Positions 39,942 through 50,921 of a stretch of DNA of 64,000 nt are shown here, in pieces. The notes under the pieces are model-generated. The model did no database searches. It had not been told where the DNA came from and worked only from the letters and a program-made list of their open reading frames with translations. Position numbers and translations under genes: made by a program. The first letter of the stretch is position 1, and the number at the start of each line of letters is the position of its first letter. This DNA is from Podospora anserina (lineage: Eukaryota), in NCBI GenBank assembly GCA_017654855.1, contig CM030333.1, positions 5,146,001 to 5,210,000 of the forward strand. The letters run 5' to 3'.

Positions 39942-40382
39942 CTTCAGGAGGCGGATGAAGAGTCTAGAGGATCTAGGTAGGTACGTAGGTAGATATAAAT
40001 AACCCCAGAGAAACTTCTGTCCCAAATATTAACACCAACCCATCAAATCAAGTAGTACCTGCCTACTAACGTATTTTATAAGCGAGTCGTGGGTACAAGC
40101 GAGCCGTGGGTTCCTTGGCGCGACGCATCCTCTCTCTCCTAAACATCATTCTTTTCCACAACCTAACATGTCTCCCCCTTCAAAGGAAGCCAGAGTAATC
40201 TTAGCCCTTAAAGCTCTTCAAAACAACGAAGAATTGAAGCTTAAAGCCATAGCTAAGCTCTATAGCGTACCACCTTTAATACTCCGTGACCGACGCGCTG
40301 GCAAGCCTGTACGACGCGATACTACGCCCAAATCGCGCCGTCTCACAGATTCCGAAAAGAAGACTATTATTTAATATATTAT

Positions 40383-42643
40383 TGTGACGAACCCCTGTAC
40401 AGAACCTCTGAAAGGGATACGGGTTGAAGGTAACTTCTGACAATTGGTTTGGTGCAGCTAAACAGTGCACAACAAGATGTCTCAATGTAAACATAAAATA
40501 ACGTGCATGATAAGCGAGCGACGCAGACAAGCGAGCGACGCACTCTCCACCACCTTACTATAACTATCCTCAATTGCTAGACCACAACATTAAGAACCAA
40601 CTACAATTACGTCAGAAACAGCTGAATCAGACCCTTCTGCAGCCTCCTGGCAAGTGCGGGAATTATGGCCAGGTTTGCCGCACACACTATAGCACTGAAC
40701 CTTCGTACGAGCCCCCCTGGCACTACCGCTATCCAGCTATATTTCTTCCACTGCCTCCTCACCCACGGCCTTCTAGTCTAGTAGATCCTATGCATCTTAT
40801 ATAGTAAGTAATCCTCCGAGCCGTATATATATTTTTTTAGCTCTCCGGCGCTTATTTAATATTTTATTAGTTTTACGGAGCGAAGCGTTCTTTAATTAAA
40901 GGAGGGCTACTTAATATATTATAACTATCGTACCTTTAATAAGCTAGTCTATAGTAACTAATATCGAAGTCGGGGAACTATTTTAATAATTAGTAATACG
41001 AATTTTAATAAACGTTAATTATAAATTAGTTTTTCGGGGGTTTTATAGTATTTAAAATATTTAAAGTAATACCGTGTCCGGCTTTAAGGATAAAAGTATT
41101 AACGTATAAAGCTTTATATTTAATTTAAAAAATATTTTTTTTAGATTATATAGTATAAAATTAATATTTATAAAGTTATTTTATATATTTTTCTCCGTTA
41201 TAAAAGTAAAGAAAGTTTTACGGAAAGTATAAAGGAACTCGAGCTTACTTATATAATTAATATATATATATATTAAATCCTCGATTTAGCGGCCGTACGT
41301 TTACTTTAATAGTTTAAAATAACCGATATCGAGTAGCTAGAGAAAGTAAAAAAAGTATAAAGGTATATAAAGTATAATAATATTACTTTACTAATAATAA
41401 TATTTAAATTTAATTAAATAATAATTTTTATAATTATCGAGGATTAATAACCGGTATTTACCCTTTATACGAAACGCTATATAATAATCGAAATATTTAA
41501 TTTAATTTAAACTTACCGGATTAATAATTTAATTATTATTAATAATTACAATATATTAAATAAATAGTAAATTATATTCGGTATATTAATTAATAAAATA
41601 ATATTATATAATTAAAATAATAAAGGGCGGGATAATTTAATTAAAAATATTAATTTTTTAAATTATTATTATTTATTTATAATTATTAAATTAAATTAAT
41701 TTTACTTTATTTAAATCGTTTAAAATTATAATTATTATATTTACGAAAATAATATTTATTATAAATTTAGTTTCGTTAAAGTTATAAATATTATTATTTA
41801 TAATACTATATTTAACTTTAATATTCTATATAAATATAAACTATTTAGTAATAATTTTTAAATCCTTATATTTAACCCTTTAATAATAATATTTACGTAT
41901 AAAACGCGTACGGAGCTATAACTAACGTTTAACGAAGTTATAGGCCTAACGTTTATTAATAAAAAGCGCGTTACATACGTGTAATAATTAATTAACTATA
42001 TCTTCTATACTATTTAATTTAAGTAAGAATACGCGTATAGATAGCTTAAGGACGTATTAAACTATCGTCTTTTCCTCTAGATCCGTTAAATTACGTAAGT
42101 TAGCCGGAATATTGCGTTACATTAGTCGGCCATTACGCCTATAGCGAAGGGTTACTTCTGGAACGTTATATAACTTAGCTATAGTGCGGATACTAAGATC
42201 CTCCTTATTTTAAATAGCTTCGAGGGTAAGAAGAAATCTCGCTTCTTTTAAAGGGCTATCCATGGTTATTAGTAGTGAATTGGAGTAAAAGATATTAAAG
42301 AGACGCGTTGTGGTAGAAAGTACGTCGCTCGCTTATCTGCGTCGCTCGCTTATTATGCACGTTACCGTGAATATAATTATGAATTGCATACTGCGGAACT
42401 ATTTATAAGCTATTTAGTTCCTCCGTATATATAGACCTAATGCCAAGCCTGGATCATTCTGTTTTTCCCCGGATTATAACCGACTCCTAAGGATCATAAG
42501 TGATTCCTAGGAATCGCTCATGATTCCTTTATGTCCCGGATGATCCACCTTTTATTGGTCCATCCTCCTTTCTCTTAATTAGCTGCGTGCCTCCTCTTCC
42601 CTATTAGTTATTCTTTGCGGGTGTCCACATTATATTCGTGACA
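40383..42643 (-). mobile_element. LTR copy A (about 397 bp net), interrupted by the inner DNA transposon
   Basis: Ends tgtgacga...tcgtgaca; 40383-40500 is the inverted, lightly mutated equivalent of the 3' parts of LTRs C and D; shared TATA motif at 42416-42437. Confidence 0.85.
40501..42362 (-). mobile_element. Inner full-length (1862 bp) Fot1/pogo transposon, RIP-inactivated (Pat-like)
   Basis: About 53-bp TIRs (acgtgcatgataagcgagcgacgcagac...) differing only by C>T/G>A; TA duplication at 40499-500 and 42363-64; transposase from ATG 42263 (MDSPLKEARFLLTLEAI*..) with TAA/TAG stops. Confidence 0.95.
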
Positions 42644-42872
42644 CCAGTTCCTCCGTATATATAGACCTTAGGACCGTAGACCGTTGACTTACAGACGGTC
42701 CTCGGTCCACTCCTAATTGGCCGATACTGGACCGTGGACCGTGAGCTCCGCCGCGGTCCCCGGTCCCCATCTGATTAGTCCGTTTGCCCACCTGGACCGT
42801 GAGCCCCGCTCGATTGCGCGGTCCAGTCCTGATTGGTCCGTCGTGGCCCCACTGTCTTCCAGAACCGTAACA
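42644..42872 (-). mobile_element. Partial LTR copy B: variable half plus TATA motif only
   Basis: Ends ccgtaaca (tgttacgg on the minus strand, the same start as LTR C); TATA motif at 42646-42667; GGACCG/CGGTCC repeats. Confidence 0.75.
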
Positions 42873-43199
42873 CGTACCCCAAACCAGTACGACAATATAT
42901 CCTATACTATTTTGTGTAGCTCGTTTAGACGATTCTAATAATAGTTTTTTTTTATTTTTTTAGTAAAGAAAATCTTATCGGATCGTATAACTAAATTCTT
43001 AACGGATCCTACCCCCTATTTCTAAAGTGAAGCGTTTTTTTTAGTGCGTTTCTTAACGGATTATACTACAATCCATCGGAGAATAACTGATAGGGAATAG
43101 ACTCCAGGTAATCCAGTTTACGCCAAGAGAGGCAGGGTGCTGCCTCGGGTATACAGACGAGAGGTACACGTTAAATAGCGAGATCTCGGGAGGAAGGGT

Positions 43200-43516
43200 G
43201 GCACTATGGTGGTGCCCAAGCCCAGATTGCGCGCTACATTTGCGATAGAAAGTTAAGCGATATTATTAGATGGCCGAGCCTAGGGCATTAGCTAAATAAC
43301 GGAAGTACTATTAAAAGTATACTTAATAAAATACTAAGAAAAACGGAAGATAGGAGGAAGCTAGGCGGGTATGGTTAAAGGACTTCGTATTGGTGGATAA
43401 TCCGGAGTAGGAGGACGCTCTTAAACGATATAACCGCCTAGGAAACGATTCGCGGCCCTTCGCGGGGGCCGGTAACCTTTAACGGACCACAAACGGTATT
43501 TTCGGAAGTATTAATA
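43200..43516 (+). mobile_element. Fragment of the gag-pol junction of another, related gypsy copy; left boundary approximate
   Basis: 43430-43516 aligns to 45101-45185 (ataaccgc.taggaaacga...aacctttaacggac). Confidence 0.7.
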
Positions 43517-46500
43517 TGTTACGGACCTGATATAAGTGGGGAGCGCGGGGCGCGACCGTCTAACCACTGGAACGGAAAAGTAAGGAAGTCGGATTATTAC
43601 TAGTGCTAAGGGTAATAATTACGATTATTATTAATCTTCGATAAACGACGAGTAATAATTAATATTATTACTAATAATAATAGTAATAAACCGGTCTATA
43701 TATACGGAGGAACTGGCTAATATAGATAGATAGTTCCGTAGTATATAATTTAGCTTATATTTACGGTATTTAGTATTTATATTAAGATATCTTATTATAC
43801 ACTATTTAATTGCACCGAACTAATTATTAGAAGTTACCTTTAACTAATATCCCTTTTAGAGGTTCTATATAGAGGTTCGTTATACGTTATATACTTACTT
43901 TAAATTTATTATAGATAAATTAAAGGTATTAAGATAATATTATAGCCGGAAACGTTAGTATTTAAAGGGGCTCGACCTAACCTACTATCGATTAGCTTCT
44001 CGCTTATATCTAAAAGCTTAAAAATAAATTACGCCTTTTATATAATATCCTTACGCAAGAAAACGCTATACTTTACTAGGAGATTAGTACCTTACGTAAG
44101 GAGGGAGAGCGTACTAAGCTCGAGGTACCCGATCGCTATAAAGGTGTGAAAGGAGAGTTAGGAGGATTTTTAATTTAACTTAAAGCTTACTTTAGATACT
44201 ACCCTTCTCGTTTCCTAGACGAGGAATTTAAAATAGTATACGCCGCGTCTAGGCTTAAAAATAAAGTATTTACTTAGTTCGAGCCGATTTTAGAAAACTA
44301 CTTCGATAATAAGTATAACGAGAGGGAAAATATTACGAAAAAATACTTTAAATTGTATAAAGATTTTAAAAAAAAAATTAAAAAAGTATTTAAAGAATAT
44401 AATAAAGGTAAGCGTACCTAAAAGCGACTAACTAACCTTAAGTAAACTCGATTTACTACCGATTATACTATAATATTTAAAATAAATATATTCCGTAATA
44501 TAATTAACGATAAAGGATTAATATAATTTTTTTATAACAAGCTTAAAGAAGAACTTAAAGATAAGCTATATCGAATAAAGTAACCGGAGATTATCGATAA
44601 ATATATTATAATAGTAATTTATATTAATAATTAATAATATTAATACCGTAAAAAACGTAAAAATATATATATATAAGGACCCTATTACTTTAACGATAAA
44701 AGGAAAAAACGGTTATACGGGATTTACGTTTTAGAAACTATATACGTAAAGCTTATAGAAATTAATATTATTTAATAATAAAAGTTATAAAATTAAAGTA
44801 AAAATAATTTTAAATATTTTAATTATAGTAAAGTAAAATATTTTAAAAAGAACTATAAAGTATCTAAGGAACTCAAATAGAAAAAAAAGATTATAATAAT
44901 TATTATATTAAAGGAATTAAAAATTATAAAGGTTATAGTTATCGGGTACTAATAAAGTAAAGTAAAGAACTACTATCGGATATATATATAAAAGAATATT
45001 AAGTACGTAAAAAACGGAAAATAAAAGGAAATTAAGTAAGTATAATTAAAAAACTTTATATTATTAAATAACCCAGAGTAAAAAAATACTTTTAAATAAT
45101 ATAACCGCTTAGGAAACGACTTACGGCTTTTCGCGGAGGCTAATAACCTTTAACGGACTATAAATAGTATTTTCGTAAATATCGGTGTAAAGCGAAGGTA
45201 TAGAATAATAACCCGGTATTTGTTAGCGAGGTCGCTACTATATAAGAAGGAAATAAAAAAGATAAATACTTTTAAATTATAGTATAATAAAAAGATATTT
45301 AGGTAATAATATTAATAAACGGAGGTATAAAGACGAATTTAATTTCGTTATAGTTTGTATATTAAATTAGGATACTATAAAAAAAAAGAATAAATCGTTA
45401 TATAAAGATTATTTTTAATATAAAGAGTTTATAAAAAAATATTACCTTTAGATATTATAGTTGAAGGAATAAATTTTTTAATTATATTTAATATTATAAA
45501 TATAGGACCCTAGAAGGATATAATCCTAAAATAATTATAGTATAAAGATTATAATTTAAATATCGATTAGAAGGATAATAGTTATTTATAATTAAAAAAG
45601 TTTTAAAAGTATTTAATTAACGATAGGAAATTAGGCGTACGTATAGAGTAAAGTGTAGGATAAGTATCCTCCATGGTACTACCGTAAAAAACTTAAAAAG
45701 TAATAGTATATTTTATTAATATAGGTAGTAAAATCGAAGAAGTAAAGTTAATAACGTTAATAGAGATATCGGAGGTTAATAAATATATTTATTATAATAA
45801 TATAAAAAAAAGTAAGAAAAAAGTAATATTAATAAAATATCGAAGATATTTAGCCTTTACGGCTAAGTATTTAGAGGGACTTTTAAAGCGAAGGCTATAG
45901 GATTACGAAATTAAATTAAAAGAAGGAACTAAGTTACGGCTATTTAAAGTTTATTATACTAATAATAAATAGAGTAAAGAGTTATAGAAATATTTAAATA
46001 AGAATTTAAAGAAAGGATATATTAGGGAATCTATATCGTTAATAAGATACTTCGTATTCTTCGTACTAAAAAGGATAATAATTTATAATTATATATAAAT
46101 TACCGTTAATTAAATAACGAAACGGTAAAAAATAATTACCCGCTACTATTAATATTTAAATTATAGAGTTAATTAATTAAAGTATAATACTTTATACGTT
46201 TAAATATATTTATCGGGTATAGCTATATATAGATTAAAGAAAAAGATAAATAAAAAATAGCGTTTCGTATACCTTATAATTATTTCGAATATCTCGCAAT
46301 ATTATTTAAATTAATTAATACGCCTATAACGTTTTAATCTTTCGTTAATTATATAATCCGGAAGTATTTCGATAAAATAATAATATACTATCTTAACGAC
46401 GTTCTTATTTACTTACGTACGCTAAAGGAGTATAAGCGATACGTATGAAAGATACTCGACGCGTTATATAAAACCGGATTTTTAATTAATAAAAAGAAAA

Positions 46501-46525
46501 GTAAGTTTTATATATAAAAAATAAT

Positions 46526-47157
46526 TGTTAATGTGTGGGTACTACTAAGTGCCCTACTTACTGCCCTACAGATTAATATTACAGTGGGCAATACTGCTAT
46601 AAGCAGTAATAGAACTTCCCGGCTTGGATCCCTTTAGAATATTCTTTACAAGGGACCCTTAAAGGCTTACAGAGCTACTGTGGCCTAAGGCTTAGTCAAT
46701 GGATACTAAAACCTTCCAAAGTAGCTACAGGCTTACGTAGTAAGTTGCCACAATAGTGTGATTTACAGGGCACCTCTGCTACCGAAGGTTCTATAGATTT
46801 CCGTGAGTCTACACTAGACCCACCTAAGCCCACCAAATACCCCAAAGTGGTATAGGGGCTTCCAGGGCCTACAGGACCCACAGTAGGCCTACGAAGGCCT
46901 ATATATAGACCTCTCCTCTCTCCTGTAAAATAGTTCTCTTTCTTTCCTTAAGGGCAAAAGCTTAAGGCTAAGGCCAAAGGCCAAAGCCAAGGGTAATAAA
47001 GGCAATTCTTATTCTTTATACCTCACTGTATTACAGTGCTTTACCTTCCTTCGGCACTGCCGTCGTATCCTCCCGCTTCCGCTTGTGCACTACTATATTT
47101 TATAGCAACCCTATATAGGTTCTATATTATAGGCCTATCAGGGCTTACCAGCTAACA
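46526..47157. mobile_element. Solo LTR of a different family (632 bp) at the RT/integrase deletion breakpoint
   Basis: tgttaa...gctaaca termini; internal TATA-like cctatatatagacc near 46898; higher GC than the flanks; flanking 5-mers do not match (ataat / gaaag). Confidence 0.75.
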
Positions 47158-47787
47158 GAAAGGATACGGAAATACTATATTATTAAAAGGCTCGAGGGAC
47201 CTTGCTTTCAGGGGGGAGATATAATATTCCTTTTTATACGTAATTTACATACTAAAAGATTTAATAAAAAGCTAGACTATAAGAGAGTAGGCCCGTTTAA
47301 AATTAAAAAAAAATATTAAAAACGGTATTTAAATTAAAGCTATTTAATACGATATATTTATAGTTATATACTTTTTATATTTTACTTTTGGAACCCGTAT
47401 TACCAGTAAATAAAACTAATATATAGGTAATAGCGGAGGACGAAGAAGAAAAGTATAATATAAAAAAGATACTGGATTTACGGTTTAATAAAGGTTAATT
47501 AAAGTATTTAGTTAATTAGTTAGAATACCCGACTATAAATAATTTATCGGAGTTAAAGGTAAATTTTAATTACTTAAATAAGTAAAAAGAATTCTATTAG
47601 CGATACTTAGACCGACCCAAATATAAACCTAAATAAAAGATCTATATTAGAATTACTTAGAGAAGTAACTTTAATATAAAAGAACCTCGATAAGAATCGA
47701 ACCTACGCCTTCGACGTAGTAGTCGACGTACTATACTACGAGGTTAGAAGGTATAAGGGGGACTAAATATAAGTAGCGCTACGCGCT

Positions 47788-48471
47788 TTAATTACCTTAG
47801 GAAGGGGAAGGCGCGCTAGCGGCGGTATTTTAGGCGGTTAAAAAAGAAGGACCGGCTACGCTAAGATCGAGGGAAAGGTTAAGCGGCTAGTCGAAGCCTG
47901 AGGAAGGATCTAGGAAAGAGAAATCGGAAGGTATAGTAGGGGAGGACTTTACTACGGGACGGTTCCGGGGATTTAGAGAAGCGGGGGCCGGAGGAGAAGC
48001 GTCGTTAAATGACGAGGCAGACTATGCGGCCAACGCGGCTTCCTCCTACTTAATACGCTCCAGCTCTTCCACACTATCGAGGCCACGAAAGACAGCCGTA
48101 ACTATCCGCTTAAACTATATTCGTTTCTATAAACGTAAACGGTTAATTTTTTAATTTAAAGCGGTACGTTAAAACTTAGTTTTTACTATCTCTATCTTTA
48201 ATTAATTATATTAAATCATAATTTTACGGAGCTATTAAACGGATAACCTACGAGCGTTATAAAGGGATTAATTATATTATATATAAGTAGCGTAACGCTT
48301 GGAAACGGAAGGGGAATTTTTATAAAAAGAATTATATTTTTTATAAAAGAAATAAGTACGTTTTATAATAATAGTAAACCGTAGGACTATAGTAAATAGC
48401 TCGTTACAATCCGTTATTTTCGAGTACAGAAGTTTAGTACCGGGTCGCGCCTTACTTATATAATTAAATAT
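47788..48471 (-). pseudogene. RIP-inactivated antisense accessory ORF of the retroelement: Zn2Cys6-like cluster, coiled coil and acidic tail; ends approximate
   Basis: Single frame with only TAA/TAG stops; TAT/TAC codons spaced x2-x6-x9-x2-x7 at 48354-48259; RLRL*KR..RGLDSVEELER. Confidence 0.75.
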
Positions 48472-50148
48472 AATAAAGCGTAATGAATAAGGAAAAAAGA
48501 AGAAAATTTATAAATATTAGCGGACGTAGGAGAGTAAATTAAGTCGACGGGACTTCGGCCTAAGAGGGGGAGCGTCGTATTACGGCTTAACACTTAGCGG
48601 GGCACAGGCGTACTGCAAACTAATTATTAAAATAGGATTAAGGACTAATTAAAATAAAATTATTAAGATCGAGGATCGATCCAAAAAAATTAATCCTAAA
48701 ATAAATAGTATCGATGGGATCGATATTCGAGTCTATCGATCCAGGACGGTACTAGGCTTAATACAGGGTCTATATATACGGAGGAACTAACTAGCGTAAA
48801 TAAATAGTTCCGCAGTATATAATTCCACAATTATATTTACGGTATCTTATATTTATATTAAAATATCTTATTATGTACTATCTAGCTATACCGAACTAAT
48901 TATTAGAAGTTACCTTTAACCCGTATCCCTTTTAAAAGTTCTATATAGAGGTTCGTCACACATAACGGAAAAGAATATATAGAGTAGCTTTATAGGTATT
49001 AACTTTATACTATACGATCCAGAGAGGGTGCCTTTTAAACTAGATATTAAGCTTCGTACGCTAATACCCCCGACCTTACGGCTTAGTACTACGTAACTTT
49101 AAGTTTTTTAGATACTATATAACCCTCGAGAAGCCGAATCGCAATTAACGTTTATTAAAACTTATATTATTAATTATTAAAATAGCTTCCTAATTTCGAT
49201 ATTAATTACTATAGATTAACTTACTAAGGGTATAATAGCTATAATATATCGAGTGGCTCTCTTCGAGTTAGAGGTCGCTTCGCTCTATAAAGCTAACAAG
49301 GTATTAAGTAAACGCCGGAAAGCTAAAAAAATACGCGTACGTCTCGGAGGATTACTTACTATGTAGGATATATACGATCTACTAGATAATAAGGCCGTAA
49401 GTGGAGAGGGAGTGTAAGAAACGTAGCCGGATAGTAGTAGTGCAGGGGGGTCTTATACGAAGGTTCGGTGCTGTGGTATGTGCGGCAAGCCTAACTATAA
49501 TGCGCGCACTTACTAGGAGGCTAGAGAATTATCTAATATATTTATTATAGAGGAAATTATAGTTAGTTACTAGTATTATATATAGGAATTAAGGATAGTT
49601 ATTAGTAGGTAAGGGAGAACCCACGGCTCGGTTATACCCACGACTCGCTTATAAAATACGTTATAACCTTTTGCTTAGAAATTTATGTCTCACCTTTTCC
49701 ATTATTCTCCGATGAAGGAACCCGGCTTCCGCCCCCCTGAACCCCTGAACCACCCCTGAGCCCCTGAGCCCATAAGCCCTGCCAAGGCACGGCCCTGAGC
49801 TATAGGCTCCTAACTTTAAGCAAGTTGCAATTCTGTGCTTAGTTGAAGATTGAAGGAGGGGAGGACTTTCTGTTAATTTTAAATAGAGCCTGGGATGGTG
49901 TGCTGATCGATGAACGATGAATAGAATGGTAGAACCTGACGATGTATCTAGATATTTGACACAGTACACCCAGATATAAGAACTGTTACCCAGGCTCTGA
50001 GACTAACAGGCCATTCTGCATGCACTCCGTCATCAAGTTTTGTCCCTCTCTGCATGTAAGGCACTCCAAAATCAACTAATCCAGCTGGTCATTTTTAGAC
50101 ATTTCCGCGCTGGGGGTACTGCTATCGCCAGTTTGATATATCGTACGC

Positions 50149-50580
50149 CTTATCGAGAGCCCCTGATTGGCACCCGATAACATGAATACAACCCGGAAAT
50201 ACAAAACTCGAATCCTCAAGATAAGGGCATGCGGCTTGTCGGAGGGCGGAGCAGCTGCCAGTGTCATTTTCCCTGCCACGCACAGAAACAAATGCCTTCA
50301 CCATTTCCCCGGACTGATCCTCATGCCTTCCTGGAGCCCCGCGGAGATGACATCTGCGCCTCAAGTACCGACAGCTTTCACCATCAAGCAACGTTCCGGA
50401 CCCAAACCAGATGTTTTATACAAGATCAACAAGCCCCTGGCGTATCTTTATCTTTGCCAAGCCCACCTGTCCTCCTCGACCAATGGCCATTCTCACCTCA
50501 GCCCCTAGCACCGAAACAGATAAGCTACCCTGGTCTGCGACCGAACTTGGCTGGGCTTGCCCAGGAAAAGAATAGATAAG
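50149..50580. promoter_or_regulatory. Nitrogen-regulation promoter: GATA (AreA/NIT2) cluster plus NirA/NIT4-type site
   Basis: cttatc 50149, cgataa 50175, agataag 50219, tttatct 50447, agataag 50518 and 50574; CCGCGGAG at 50339-50346 is the reverse complement of CTCCGCGG (consensus CTCCGHGG). Confidence 0.7.
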
Positions 50581-50921
50581 GCTGACCTTGTTCCGCCACG
50601 ATCTCGGCGTGGGGTCACGAGCGCACAGTTCACGGCAGCGAAAAATGGCGGAGATGTTTCTTTTCTCTCTATCTGGCGTGGACTTCCCGGAGATCTTTGA
50701 AGCAGGGAGACATATCGAAGGCTGCTCGTTCCAAGAAATAAATGACTGGATTCAACCTCTCCAAAGATATCATGACTCTTTTCGGCATTCGGGGGCACCT
50801 CACACTCGACCTCAGCTCCGTTAGCGAAGCCTTTTCATCACCTTGAGTACAAACACAGCCGCGACTGCAACAACATATCAATCTAATCAGGGACCACTTC
50901 GGTATCAAAAACACCGCCATC

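Larger units (their letters stand above)
43517..48960 (+). mobile_element. Ty3/gypsy chromovirus-type LTR retrotransposon, RIP-degraded and internally deleted; 5' LTR C 43517-43884, 3' LTR D 48578-48960
   Basis: gag remnant from about 43942 (KLEVPDRYKG..LKAYFRYYPSRF); RT remnant 45900-46520 (LKKGYIRES..YLNDVLIY = YLDD); integrase C-terminus (NKKLDYKRVGPFKI) and chromodomain-like EKYNIKKILDLR..LKYLV at about 47160-47600; polypurine tract aagagggggag at 48562-48572. Confidence 0.93.
40069..49661 (+). mobile_element. Outer Fot1/pogo (Tc1-mariner superfamily) DNA transposon, split by nested insertions, central DDE region missing
   Basis: 45-bp TIRs at 40069-40113 and 49617-49661 (43/45 identical, ACGT ends); TA target duplication at 40067-68 and 49662-63; transposase N-terminus MSPPSKEARVILAL.. 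from 40168; C-terminal remnant with zinc knuckle (CGMCGKP..) at about 48961-49570. Confidence 0.93.

Noticed and set aside
42668-42860. CRISPR-like repeat array
   Set aside because: Repeats are 6-9 bp, irregular and in both orientations inside an LTR; eukaryotic context, no cas genes
42873-43200. RIP-like sequence between LTR B and the gag-pol fragment
   Set aside because: Could not be assigned to a family by eye; left unannotated
40069-49661. Starship/Spok-block or centromere interpretation of the AT-rich island
   Set aside because: No tyrosine-recombinase captain or Spok-like ORF seen; the island is short and largely explained by nested transposons
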